Below, one piece after another: positions 8,288 to 20,980 of a stretch of 64,000 nt of DNA (the first letter of the stretch is position 1; each line of letters opens with the position of its first letter). The stretch is from an uncultured Pseudomonadota bacterium (lineage in GTDB: Bacteria; Myxococcota_A; Polyangia; Fen-1088), in contig CAWKBC010000029.1 in the NCBI GenBank assembly GCA_963847705.1, forward strand, positions 324,968 through 388,967. The letters run 5' to 3'. The notes beneath the pieces are model-generated. The model ran no database searches, was not told where the DNA came from, and was given only the letters and a program-made list of their open reading frames with translations. Made by a program: the position numbers and the translations under genes.

Positions 8288-9297
8288 TGTCCGTCCCGGC
8301 CGCGGCGAAATCCGCACCCGGCGAGATCGGCATCATCGCCCTCAACCTGGGCGGTCCCGACTCGCTGGACGACGTAAGGCCGTTCCTCAAAAACTTGTTC
8401 AACGATCCGGAGGTCCTCCAGATCAGGTGGAGTCCGCTGCGAAAATTCGTGGCCTGGTCGATCGCCCGCTCCCGCGCGCCGTTCTCGCGCGCAGCCTACG
8501 CGCAGATCGGCGGACGCTCGCCGATCCTGGCGGAGACGACCGCCCAGGCGCGGGCCGTGACCGATGCGTTGACGGCGCGCGGGATTGCCACCGTCTCGGT
8601 CGTGGCGATGGCCGCCTGGCACCCGCAGGCAGACGAGGCGCTGGCGACCCTGGCGGCGCGCGGCGTCCGGCGGGCGATCGCGCTGCCGCTCTACCCGCAG
8701 GAGTCGCGCACCACGACCGACTCCTCGCTCAACCAGATCGAGGCCGCACGGGCGCGCCAGCCGGGGATGGAGATCGCCGCGATCCGGCGCTACCCCGACG
8801 CCGAAGGCTACCTGAGCGCGGTCGTGGCGCGGATCGAGGAGGCGATCGCCACCCTGCCGCCCGAGCACGCGGCGGCCGCGCCGGTGCTGTTCTCGGCGCA
8901 CGGGCTGCCCGAAGACTACATCCGCAAGGGCGACCCCTACCTCGACGACATCCGGATCACGGTGGAGGCGGTCGCGCGGCGGATGAACCTCGGCGCGCGC
9001 GCCCGCCTCTGCTTCCAGAGCAAGGTCGGACGCAAGCGCTGGCTCGGCCCCTCCACCGAGACGCTGCTCGACCAGCTGGCCGCCGCGGGCGAGCGCGCCG
9101 TCGTCGTGGTCCCGATCGCCTTCACCGGCGAGCACATCGAGACCCTGCAGGAGATCGACATCCTCTTCCGCCAGCGGGCCGAGAAAGCCGGGATCGTTCA
9201 CTTCGCCCGCGCCCGCACCGTCGGCACGCACCCCGCGTTCATCACCGCGCTGGCCGACCTGGCCGAGGCCGCCGCCCGCGGACGCGGTTGGATCTAG
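8287..9297 (+). CDS. hemH: Ferrochelatase
   Basis: NLGGP, LPLYPQ, FSAHGLP, GDPY, FQSKVG..WLGP, EHIETLQEID. Confidence 0.95.
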   Translation: MSVPAAAKSAPGEIGIIALNLGGPDSLDDVRPFLKNLFNDPEVLQIRWSPLRKFVAWSIARSRAPFSRAAYAQIGGRSPILAETTAQARAVTDALTARGIATVSVVAMAAWHPQADEALATLAARGVRRAIALPLYPQESRTTTDSSLNQIEAARARQPGMEIAAIRRYPDAEGYLSAVVARIEEAIATLPPEHAAAAPVLFSAHGLPEDYIRKGDPYLDDIRITVEAVARRMNLGARARLCFQSKVGRKRWLGPSTETLLDQLAAAGERAVVVVPIAFTGEHIETLQEIDILFRQRAEKAGIVHFARARTVGTHPAFITALADLAEAAARGRGWI

Positions 9298-9298
9298 C

Positions 9299-10639
9299 GT
9301 GCGCGTCGCGGTCATCGGCGGCGGGATCTCCGGGCTGACCGCCGCGCACCTCCTGGTCGGCGCCGGGCACGACGTGGCGCTGGTCGACGACGCGGCCGAG
9401 CCGGGCGGGCTCATCGCCGGCGCGCGCGTCGACGGCTTTCTCTGCGAGCGCGGGCCGCAGGCGGTGCTCGACGGGTCGGAGGCGGTGCGGGCGCTCATCA
9501 GCAGCGCCGGCCTCGAGGCGCGGATCGTCCGCGCCCTCCCCGCCGCGCGCCGCCGCTCGGTCTACGTCGCCGGAAAGCTGCGGCCCTTTCCCGCCAGCCC
9601 GCCCGCGCTCCTCAAGACGAATCTGCTCAGCGCGCGCGGCAAGCTGCGGCTCCTGCGCGAGCCGTTCGTTCGACGCCGAGGAGAAGCGGAGGGCGAAGAC
9701 GATGAATCGGTGTTCGACTTCGTGGCCCGCCGCTTTGGCAAGGAGGCGGCCGAGCGCGCGGCGGGCCCCGCGCTCATCGGCGTCTACGCCGGCGACGCGG
9801 CCGCGCTGTCGGTGCGGGCGGCGTTGCCGCGCCTCGCCGCGCTCGAGCGCGAGCACGGCAGCGTCTTGCGGGGCATGTTTCGCGCGCGCGGGACCAACCG
9901 GCTCGGTCGCCCCATCACGTTCCCCGAAGGTCTGGGCGAGCTGCCGCGCGCGCTCGGCGCCGCGCTCGGGGCGCGACGTCGGGCGGCGCGCGCGATGGGG
10001 ATCGCGCGGCGCACTGGCGGCTGGACGGTCGCGCTCGAGGGTGGCGCGGCGCTCGAGGCCGAGCGTCTGGTCCTCGCCACCCCGGCCGCCGCGACCGCCG
10101 CGCTGCTGGCGCCGCACGCGGCCGGCGCCGCCGAGGCGCTGCGCGCCATCCCGCACGCGCCCGTCGCCGTGGTCTGCCTGGGCTTTGGCGCCGCCGGCGC
10201 CGGTGCGCTGGGGATCGACCTCGACGCCTACGGGTTCGTGGTGGCCCGCGGCGAAGGGCTCTCCCTCCTCGGTTGCCAGTATGACTCCTCGGTCTTCCCG
10301 GGCCGCGCGCCCGCGGGCGGCGTGCTCCTGCGCGCGCTCTGCGGCGGGACGTTCGAGCCGGGGCTGGTCGACGCCGACGACGCCACGATCACCGGACAGG
10401 TGCTCGGCGATCTTCGCCGCAGCGCCGGGCTCCGGGGCGATCCCGAGGTCGTTCAGATCTGGCGCGCGCGTCCCGGGATCCCGCAATACGATCGCGCACA
10501 CCGGGCGCGCGTCCGCGCCGTCGACGAGGCCCTGACGCGCCTCCCGGGCCTGTCGGTGATCGGACACGCCCTGCGCGGCGTCGGCGTGAGCGCCTGCATC
10601 GGGGCCGCCACCGCGCTCGTCGGTGAGATCGGAGCTTGA
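9299..10639 (+). CDS. hemY: HemY-type proto/coproporphyrinogen oxidase
   Basis: VIGGGISGL FAD motif, ERGP, GVYAGD..LS, GIPQY, GVGVSAC; follows hemH. Confidence 0.9.
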   Translation: MRVAVIGGGISGLTAAHLLVGAGHDVALVDDAAEPGGLIAGARVDGFLCERGPQAVLDGSEAVRALISSAGLEARIVRALPAARRRSVYVAGKLRPFPASPPALLKTNLLSARGKLRLLREPFVRRRGEAEGEDDESVFDFVARRFGKEAAERAAGPALIGVYAGDAAALSVRAALPRLAALEREHGSVLRGMFRARGTNRLGRPITFPEGLGELPRALGAALGARRRAARAMGIARRTGGWTVALEGGAALEAERLVLATPAAATAALLAPHAAGAAEALRAIPHAPVAVVCLGFGAAGAGALGIDLDAYGFVVARGEGLSLLGCQYDSSVFPGRAPAGGVLLRALCGGTFEPGLVDADDATITGQVLGDLRRSAGLRGDPEVVQIWRARPGIPQYDRAHRARVRAVDEALTRLPGLSVIGHALRGVGVSACIGAATALVGEIGA

Positions 10640-10682
10640 TTCTCGGCCCGGGCGGCCCGATTCTCCTGCCGAGGAGGTGAGC

Positions 10683-11462
10683 ATGCGCGCCCTGAGAAAT
10701 CTGTTCGCATTGGCCGTGATCGTCGCCGTCCTGGGCGGCGGCGCGCTGGTGGCGTTTCGTATCGCGCGCCAGAAGCCGTCGACCCCCGAGGAGATCAAGC
10801 CGAACCTCATGGCGGTCAGCTCCGCCGGCTCCTACCTCTACGGCGCACGGGCCGGACAGCGCGTGATTCTGTTCGACACCGGCGCTGACCCGGCCGGCAA
10901 TCCGGTCGACATCGCCCTCGCCGGCCTTCACGCCGGGCGCGGCGACGTCTCCGACATTTTCCTCACCCACGCCCACGGCGATCACACGGCCGGCGCGAGC
11001 GGCCTCACCGGCGCGCACGTCCATCTCGGCCAGGCGGACGTCCCCTTCGCCGAAGGGCGTGCCCCCTGGGACAACCTGCTGCTCCGGCTGATGAGCAAGG
11101 GGATGGGAGCTCCCTCGATCAACGTCAGCAACCCGCTCGACGGGGTGCAGGTCGTCGAGCTCGGCGGCGGAAAGACCGTCAAGGCGATCCCGGTGCCCGG
11201 CCACACGCCCGGCTCGTATGTGTTCTTCTACGACGGCGTTCTCTTCACCGGAGACACGGCGATCTTCAAGCAGGGGCGGCTCGACCGCGGACCGGGCCTC
11301 TTCGACAGCAACAGCGAGCAGGTGAAGGCCTCGGTGACGGCGCTGAAGCAGCAGCTGGCCGGCGCCGAGATCGAAGCCGTCTGCACGGGGCACGGCGGCT
11401 GCACGCCGATCGGGCTCGGACGCACGCTGTTCGATGACTTCGTCGGACGGGTCGGCGGCTGA
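10683..11462 (+). CDS. MBL-fold metallo-hydrolase with N-terminal membrane anchor
   Basis: FDTG, THAHGDH, PGHTPGS, LFTGD, TGHG. GAGGAGG SD. Confidence 0.88.
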   Translation: MRALRNLFALAVIVAVLGGGALVAFRIARQKPSTPEEIKPNLMAVSSAGSYLYGARAGQRVILFDTGADPAGNPVDIALAGLHAGRGDVSDIFLTHAHGDHTAGASGLTGAHVHLGQADVPFAEGRAPWDNLLLRLMSKGMGAPSINVSNPLDGVQVVELGGGKTVKAIPVPGHTPGSYVFFYDGVLFTGDTAIFKQGRLDRGPGLFDSNSEQVKASVTALKQQLAGAEIEAVCTGHGGCTPIGLGRTLFDDFVGRVGG

Positions 11463-11464
11463 GC

Positions 11465-12385
11465 GTGCACCTCGTCGTTTTCTCCGCCTCCAGGCTGTTT
11501 CAGGTCTTTCAGATCTTGGCCGCGCTGCTGGCGCTCGGCGGGTCGCCGCAGCGCACGCCGACGCCCGACGAGCTGCGCCTCTTCGATGAAGGGACGCGCG
11601 CCCTGGCGGCCGGCGACGCGCGCGGCGCCGAGAAGGCCTGGCGGGCCGGCTACGAGATCGCCCACGATCCGGCCTTCCTGGTCCACCTCGGCGAGGCGGA
11701 GGAGAAGGCCGGTCAGACGACCGAAGCGATCGACAGCTATCGACGCTATCTGCGCGAGGTCCCCGACGCCTCCGACCGCGCGGACATCGAGCAGCGGCTG
11801 GCCCGCCTCGCTCCCGCAGCGCCGGCGCCCGCCCCGGCGCCCAAGGTGGAGACGCCCGGCGAGTTCGGCGGCGCACCACCGGCCAGCGCGCCGGCCGCCC
11901 CCGCGGCCCCGCCCGCCCCCGCGCCGGCTGCCGCCAACGCCGCCCGCATCGACGCGGAGCACCCGGCCGGCCAGGAGCAAGAGGACTCGGGATGGAACCG
12001 CTACAACACGACCGCCGTCATCGCCTCGGGCGTCACCATCGCGCTCCTGGGCACGGCGGCCTTCTACGGCGCCGAGGCGAGCTCCAAGGAGGGCGACATC
12101 AACCGCCTGGTCACCTACCGTTTCCCCCCGCCGCAGTACTCGTCGGTGGCGGCGACGTACACCAGCGACCTGGCTGACGGACACAGCGACGCCCATACGT
12201 CCAGGATCCTGCTGCTGTCGGCGGCTGGGACAGGGGTCGTCGCCGCCGTCTTCTTCATCCTCGACGCCGTCCGGACACCGTCCGAGCCCGCCCCGGCAGC
12301 GCCGGTTCGCCCGGCCGTCTCCGTCTCGATCGCGCCGGCCGGAAGCGGATTCGGCGCCCAGGGAGCTTGGTCATGGCGATTCTGA
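11465..12385 (+). CDS. Hypothetical exported TPR-like protein with Pro/Ala linker and C-terminal hydrophobic segments
   Basis: TPR-like helices (AIDSYRRYL), two hydrophobic stretches, ends WSWRF. Start uncertain. Confidence 0.65.
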   Translation: MHLVVFSASRLFQVFQILAALLALGGSPQRTPTPDELRLFDEGTRALAAGDARGAEKAWRAGYEIAHDPAFLVHLGEAEEKAGQTTEAIDSYRRYLREVPDASDRADIEQRLARLAPAAPAPAPAPKVETPGEFGGAPPASAPAAPAAPPAPAPAAANAARIDAEHPAGQEQEDSGWNRYNTTAVIASGVTIALLGTAAFYGAEASSKEGDINRLVTYRFPPPQYSSVAATYTSDLADGHSDAHTSRILLLSAAGTGVVAAVFFILDAVRTPSEPAPAAPVRPAVSVSIAPAGSGFGAQGAWSWRF

Positions 12386-12678
12386 GCGGGCGCGCCTGGA
12401 CGCGCTGGACGAAGACGCTCCGGACGCCGGTGCGGCTCGGTCTGCTGCTGCTCGCCGTGGCGCGCTTGACCGCCTGCTTCAACCCGGCGCAGCCGGGGTG
12501 CGCCTTCTCCTGCGCCGGGGACGGCGTCTGTCCGTCCGGCTACAGCTGTGGCACCGACCTCATCTGCCACCGGGACGACGGTCAAGGAACCTGCTCCATC
12601 CAGGCCGACGCCGCGACGACCGACGGCGAGGCAGACAGCAAGACCGGCACCACCTCCGACGCGACGTCCGGGCAGTAG
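12373..12678 (+). CDS. Small Cys-rich lipoprotein
   Basis: LTAC lipobox, then CAFSC...CPSGYSC....IC. Confidence 0.6.
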   Translation: MAILSGRAWTRWTKTLRTPVRLGLLLLAVARLTACFNPAQPGCAFSCAGDGVCPSGYSCGTDLICHRDDGQGTCSIQADAATTDGEADSKTGTTSDATSGQ

Positions 12679-12743
12679 AGCCCAGAGCGCTTTTCGCGTG
12701 GAGCCTGCCCGGCTCCCGTATAGACTCCCGCGCGGAAACCACC

Positions 12744-13493
12744 ATGGGCGTTTTCGACATGTTCTCGAAGGAGCGGTCGCGCGAGCGGAACGCCGGCCGC
12801 GCCATCAACAAGTACGCCCAGTCGCCCGACCGCCTGAAGGCGATGCAGACGCTGCTCGAAGAGGGGTCGCCCGAGGCGCTCTACGCCGTCATGCGCCGCT
12901 TCGGCATGCTCTACGACAAGACGATCGACGACGAGCAGGAGAAGGAATACCTGTTCGACAGCCTGGTCGAAAAGGGGGGCGTGGTCCTCGAGCCCCTCAA
13001 GAAGTACCTGCTGGCGGCTGAATCAATCTCCTGGCCGCTGCGCGTGCTCGACAAGGTGGTGGCGACCAAGGATGAGGTCGTCGACGTGCTGGCCGAGGTG
13101 ATGAAGCGCCACGAGCCCGGCTACGAGCGCGATCCCACCAAGAAGATTCAGCTGCTGACCCACCTGGCCGGGATCAAGAGCCCGCGCGTGCCGCCGCTGG
13201 TGGCCCCCTACCTCGCCGACATGGACATGGGGGTGCGTTACGCCGCCGCCGAGGCGCTGCTCACGCAGGGGGACGAGGCGGCGGCGAGCGAGCCGCTGTT
13301 GACGGTCTTCGTGTCGGCCGAGGAAGAGAGCCTTCGCCTCCGCATCCGGATCGCCGACGGCTTCGCCGAGCTCGGATGGTCGCTGGGCGACAAGCGCGCC
13401 GAGGTCGAGAAGCGTCTCCCCGATGCGTTCACCATCGAGGGGCGCGGCAAGGAGCCGGCCCGCATCAAGAAGAAGCCGACCCCGAAGGAATAA
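12744..13493 (+). CDS. HEAT-repeat protein
   Basis: MGVFDMFSK start; helical repeats such as YLADMDMGVRYAAAEAL. Confidence 0.75.
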   Translation: MGVFDMFSKERSRERNAGRAINKYAQSPDRLKAMQTLLEEGSPEALYAVMRRFGMLYDKTIDDEQEKEYLFDSLVEKGGVVLEPLKKYLLAAESISWPLRVLDKVVATKDEVVDVLAEVMKRHEPGYERDPTKKIQLLTHLAGIKSPRVPPLVAPYLADMDMGVRYAAAEALLTQGDEAAASEPLLTVFVSAEEESLRLRIRIADGFAELGWSLGDKRAEVEKRLPDAFTIEGRGKEPARIKKKPTPKE

Positions 13494-13522
13494 GACAGCA
13501 GGAATAAGAGGTAAGGACAGAC

Positions 13523-16852
<3,330 letters not shown>

Positions 16853-16854
16853 TC

Positions 16855-17337
16855 ATGGCCAAGTTCCCGATGACACCACGCGGGCAGCAGGCCCTGCGCG
16901 AAGAGCTCAAGCGGCTGCGCGAGGTCGAGCGCCCCAAGAACGTGCTCGACATCGAAGAAGCACGCGCACACGGCGACCTCAAGGAGAACGCGGAGTACCA
17001 CGCCGCCAAGGAGCGCCAGGGGTTCATCGAGGGGCGCTCGCGCGACATCGAATCGATCCTGGCGCAGGCCGAGGTGATCGATCCGACCAAGCTGTCCGGC
17101 AGCAAGGTGGTGTTCGGCGCGACCGTGAAGCTGACCGACACCGACAGCGGCGAAGAGGTGACCTACATGGTCGTCGGCGACCATGAGGCCGACATCAAGG
17201 CGGGGCGCATCGCCGTCTCCGCCCCGCTGGCGCGTGCCATGATCGGCCGCGAGCGGGGGGAGTCGGTCACGCTCAAGACAGGCAAGGGGACGCGCGAGTA
17301 CGAGATCTCCGAGGTCCGCTTCGTCGCCGCAACCTGA
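16855..17337 (+). CDS. greA: Transcription elongation factor GreA
   Basis: [34 protein letters not shown]. Confidence 0.96.
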   Translation: MAKFPMTPRGQQALREELKRLREVERPKNVLDIEEARAHGDLKENAEYHAAKERQGFIEGRSRDIESILAQAEVIDPTKLSGSKVVFGATVKLTDTDSGEEVTYMVVGDHEADIKAGRIAVSAPLARAMIGRERGESVTLKTGKGTREYEISEVRFVAAT

Positions 17338-17406
17338 TCGCGGCGGAGCGCCCGGGCGGAGCGCCCGAAGCGCAGCACCTCGAGCGGAGCGCCTGCGGCG
17401 GCGCGC

Positions 17407-17916
17407 CTAGAGATCGGCAGCGGCGTCGGTCGCGCCGCCGTCAGGGCCACCGCCGCCGGCGACCCCCGTCGTGCTCCCGCCCTGGCCGCCTGGCGCGCTG
17501 GCCCCGGCTGCGCCGCCCAGGCCGGTCGCACCCGCCGCGCCGCCCAGACCGGTCACCCCGGCCGCGCCGCCCAGGCCCGCCGCCCCGGCTGCGCCGCCCA
17601 GGCCCGCCGCCCCGGCTGCGCCCGCTGCTCCGGCTGTGCCGCCGGTCCCCGCGGCTCCCGCGCCCGCGGCGCCGTTGCCACCCGCTCCACCGGTCCCAGT
17701 CGTCCCACCGGTCCCCGTCGTCGGAACGTTGGTGGTCCCCGGAGCCACGCAACGGCCCCCTTCCATCGTCTCACCGGTGGACGAGCACATGTTGCTGGCG
17801 CAGTCGCTGTCCTGGACGCAGCGGCCCCCGATCCCCTGCGTGCAGGCGACCGCGGCCAGGCCGGCAAAAAAAGACGCGACCAAAACCGAACGGAGACGAA
17901 AAGAGATCCGACGCAT
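17407..17916 (-). CDS. Small Cys-motif lipoprotein with Gly/Ala-rich repeats
   Basis: MRRISFR...AVAC, CVQDSDCASNMC, (GAAGLGGAA)n. This is the 3' part of the ORF-track entry 17407..19686. Confidence 0.6.
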   Translation of the reverse strand: MRRISFRLRSVLVASFFAGLAAVACTQGIGGRCVQDSDCASNMCSSTGETMEGGRCVAPGTTNVPTTGTGGTTGTGGAGGNGAAGAGAAGTGGTAGAAGAAGAAGLGGAAGAAGLGGAAGVTGLGGAAGATGLGGAAGASAPGGQGGSTTGVAGGGGPDGGATDAAADL

Positions 17917-17985
17917 GAGAGGTCGCTCAGTTACCACGCACCCACCTGACTGTCTATGGCCGATACCTTGAGGTACGTTCCAGGC

Positions 17986-19917
17986 ATGCGTGCTTCGATT
18001 CGGCGGGCCCTCCCTCAGGTTGCCTCGATCGTCGCCTCGATCGTCGCCGGGGTCGGCGTGACGGTCGTCGCCACCGGCGGCGGAGCGGAGGCCGCCCCGA
18101 AGCCGCCCTCCACCCCTCCCGGGCTCTCCGGGCCTGCCGACCACCCTGCCAGGCCAGCCAAGCCTTCCCGGAAGTCGGCGGCCTCGGCCACCGAAAAGGA
18201 GGCGCAGGCATTCCTGACCACCGTGACCAGCCTGCTCGCGCCCGTCGCGGTGAGCGCCAATCTGGCCGACTGGACGTCGCTCACCGACGTGACCCCCGAG
18301 CACACCGGCCAGCGGACCGGGGCCGACAAGACGCTGGCTGCGCTGGCCGGCTCGAAGCTCATCATCGAGAAGACCAAGGCGCTCCTCAAGAACAGAAAGC
18401 AGCTCGACGAGGAGACGGCGCGGCAGCTGGAAAAGCTGCTGCTCGGCGCGGCCGAGAGCCCGGGGACGATCCCGGACGTGGTGGCCAGGCGGGTGGAGGC
18501 GGAGGCCCACCAGTCGAGCATCCTCGACGGTTACACCTTCTGCGCGGCGCCGGCAGGAAAAGGCGGGGCTTGCGCGCACCCGATGACGGCCAACCAGATC
18601 GACGACATCCTGCGCAAGTCGCGCGATCTCCCCGAACGGCTGCGCGTCTGGACGGCGTCGAAGGAGATCGGGCGCCCGCTGAAACCCGGCCTGGTCGAGC
18701 TCATCAAGCTGCGCAACCAGGTGGCCCAGGAGATGGGTTACCATTCCTACTTCGCGCTCCAGGTCGCCGACTACGGGATGACCGTCGAGGAGATGATGAA
18801 GCTCCTCGACGACGCGCTCGAGACCACCAAGCCGCTCTTCGACGGGCTCCATTGCTTCGCCCGGTACGAGCTGGCGGCACGCTTCAAACGGCCGCCGCCG
18901 CGGCTCATTCCGGCACACTGGCTGGGAAATCGCTGGGCGCAGAGCTGGCCGGGGCTGGTTGAATCCGCCAACCTCGATCCGCTGTTCAAGGGGGCGACCG
19001 CGGAGAGCATCGTCAAGAGCGCCGAGAACTTCTATGTGTCGCTCGGCTTCCCCAAGCTGCCCGCCGCGTTCTGGGAGCGCTCGGACCTCTATCCCGTCCC
19101 ACCGGGCGTGGGGCGCAAGAAGAACGCCCACGCCTCCGCCTGGGACATCGATCGCGCCGGCGACGTCCGCTCGCTCATGAGCGTCGAGCCGAACGCGGAG
19201 TGGTTCGACGCCGCCCACCACGAGCTCGGCCACGTCTACTACTTCATGTCGTACGATCGACCGGAGGTCCCCTACCTGCTGCGCGATGGCGCCAACCGGG
19301 CCTTTCACGAGGCGGTGGGCGAGCTGGCCAAGCTGGCCAGCGAGCAGACGCCCTACCTGGTGAAGGTCGGCGTGATGCCGGAGGGCAAGCAGCCCGACCC
19401 CACGGAATGGCTGCTCCAGTCGGCGCTCGACTCGATCGTGTTTCTCCCCTTCTCCGCCGGCACGATGAGCCACTTCGAGCACGATCTGTACGAAGAGGAG
19501 CTCCCGCCGACCGAGTGGCAGCAGAGATGGTGGGACGACGTGGCGACATTTCAAGGCGTGGTGCCGCCGGGAAGCCGCGAGGGGGATCTCTGCGACGCCT
19601 GCACCAAGACGCACATCAACGACGACCCGGCGCAGTACTACGATTACGCGCTGGCCACGATGATCAAGTTCCAGCTCCACGATCACATCTGCAACACGAT
19701 CCTCAAGCAGGACGTACGGGCCTGCGACTACTCGGGCAACAAGGAGGTGGGCGCGTTCTTGAAGGGGATTCTCTCTCTGGGCGCGACGCGTGACTGGCGG
19801 ACGGTCATCAAGGACGCGACCGGCGAGCCGATCTCGCCGCGCGCGCTGATGGCGTTCTATCAGCCGCTGGTCGAGGTGCTGGCCAAGCGCAACGAAGGCC
19901 GGGACTGCTCGCGGTGA
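17986..19917 (+). CDS. M2-family metallopeptidase (ACE-like peptidyl-dipeptidase), exported
   Basis: IPAHWLGNRWAQSW, HASAWD, HHELGH, GANRAFHEAVGE, FQLH; signal peptide. Confidence 0.92.
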   Translation: MRASIRRALPQVASIVASIVAGVGVTVVATGGGAEAAPKPPSTPPGLSGPADHPARPAKPSRKSAASATEKEAQAFLTTVTSLLAPVAVSANLADWTSLTDVTPEHTGQRTGADKTLAALAGSKLIIEKTKALLKNRKQLDEETARQLEKLLLGAAESPGTIPDVVARRVEAEAHQSSILDGYTFCAAPAGKGGACAHPMTANQIDDILRKSRDLPERLRVWTASKEIGRPLKPGLVELIKLRNQVAQEMGYHSYFALQVADYGMTVEEMMKLLDDALETTKPLFDGLHCFARYELAARFKRPPPRLIPAHWLGNRWAQSWPGLVESANLDPLFKGATAESIVKSAENFYVSLGFPKLPAAFWERSDLYPVPPGVGRKKNAHASAWDIDRAGDVRSLMSVEPNAEWFDAAHHELGHVYYFMSYDRPEVPYLLRDGANRAFHEAVGELAKLASEQTPYLVKVGVMPEGKQPDPTEWLLQSALDSIVFLPFSAGTMSHFEHDLYEEELPPTEWQQRWWDDVATFQGVVPPGSREGDLCDACTKTHINDDPAQYYDYALATMIKFQLHDHICNTILKQDVRACDYSGNKEVGAFLKGILSLGATRDWRTVIKDATGEPISPRALMAFYQPLVEVLAKRNEGRDCSR

Positions 19918-20972
19918 TCGGCCCGCGCTTCGCCGCAGCCATCGGGCTGGTGCTGGCCGCGCTCAACGGACCGCCCCCGTCCCCCCACCTCCCCGGCAGC
20001 GCGACCCTGCCGCCCATCACGGTCCCGCCGCCCCCGGCACCGCCCGCCGACCGGGAGCGCGGCGTGGCGCTCGGCCTGTTCGCCGAGGACGTGAGCTTCT
20101 CGTACGCGCCGCTGCTGGCCGAGATCGTGGCGCTGGGAGCCACGCACGTGGCCCTGGTGGTGCCGCTCTACCAGACCGACGGGACCAGCGTGGACCTTGG
20201 CCTCGACACCCGCTTCTCCCCCACCCTCGAGACCGTGGCCGAGACGGCGCGCGCGGCGAAGCGCGACGGGCTGGAGGTCACCATCTTCCCCATCGTCCGG
20301 CTGTCCGCGCCGCGCGCAGGCGAGTGGCGCGGCACGCTGGCGCCGCGCGATCGCGACGCCTGGTTCCGAAGTTACGGCGACAAGCTGGGCGATCTGGCCG
20401 GCATCGCCGCGATGACCGGCGCCAAGCGGCTGGTCGTCGGCAGCGAGCTGTCGACGCTCGACGGCGACCTCGATCGCTGGCGTCCCGTCATCGAGAAGGT
20501 GCGCGCCGTCTTCCCCGGCAAGCTCGTCTACTCGGCCAACTGGGACCACTACAAGAACGCGCCGCTCTTCGACCTCTGCGACGAGGAGGGGATCTCGGGC
20601 TACTTCAACCTGCGCGACACCAAGGCCCCCGACGACGACGCGACGGCGGAGGCGGGCTGGCGGCGGGTGCGGCAGGAGCTGGAGGCCTGGCGGGTCGGGC
20701 GCTCGGCCCCCTTCATCTTCACGGAGCTCGGCTACCGCTCGCGCGCCGGCGCGACCGCAGCGCCCTGGGACGAGGGTCCCGGCGGCACCCCCGATCCCGA
20801 CGAGCAGCGCCGCGGCTTCGCTGCCTTTCGCCGCGCCTGGACCGGCTCGCCGATCCTCGATGGGGTCTACATCTGGAACTGGTACGGCTACGGCGGCCCC
20901 GCCACCACCAGCTACACGCCCCGCGGCAAGCCCGCCGAGGCCGAGGTCCGGGCGCTGCTGGAAGCGCTTTAG
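19914..20972 (+). CDS. TIM-barrel glycoside hydrolase-like protein (GH113-like), exported
   Basis: WRG, VGSEL, YSANWD, FTELGY (clan GH-A style Glu pair). GTGA overlap with the M2 peptidase. Confidence 0.7.
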   Translation: MIGPRFAAAIGLVLAALNGPPPSPHLPGSATLPPITVPPPPAPPADRERGVALGLFAEDVSFSYAPLLAEIVALGATHVALVVPLYQTDGTSVDLGLDTRFSPTLETVAETARAAKRDGLEVTIFPIVRLSAPRAGEWRGTLAPRDRDAWFRSYGDKLGDLAGIAAMTGAKRLVVGSELSTLDGDLDRWRPVIEKVRAVFPGKLVYSANWDHYKNAPLFDLCDEEGISGYFNLRDTKAPDDDATAEAGWRRVRQELEAWRVGRSAPFIFTELGYRSRAGATAAPWDEGPGGTPDPDEQRRGFAAFRRAWTGSPILDGVYIWNWYGYGGPATTSYTPRGKPAEAEVRALLEAL

Positions 20973-20980
20973 GCCGAGAT

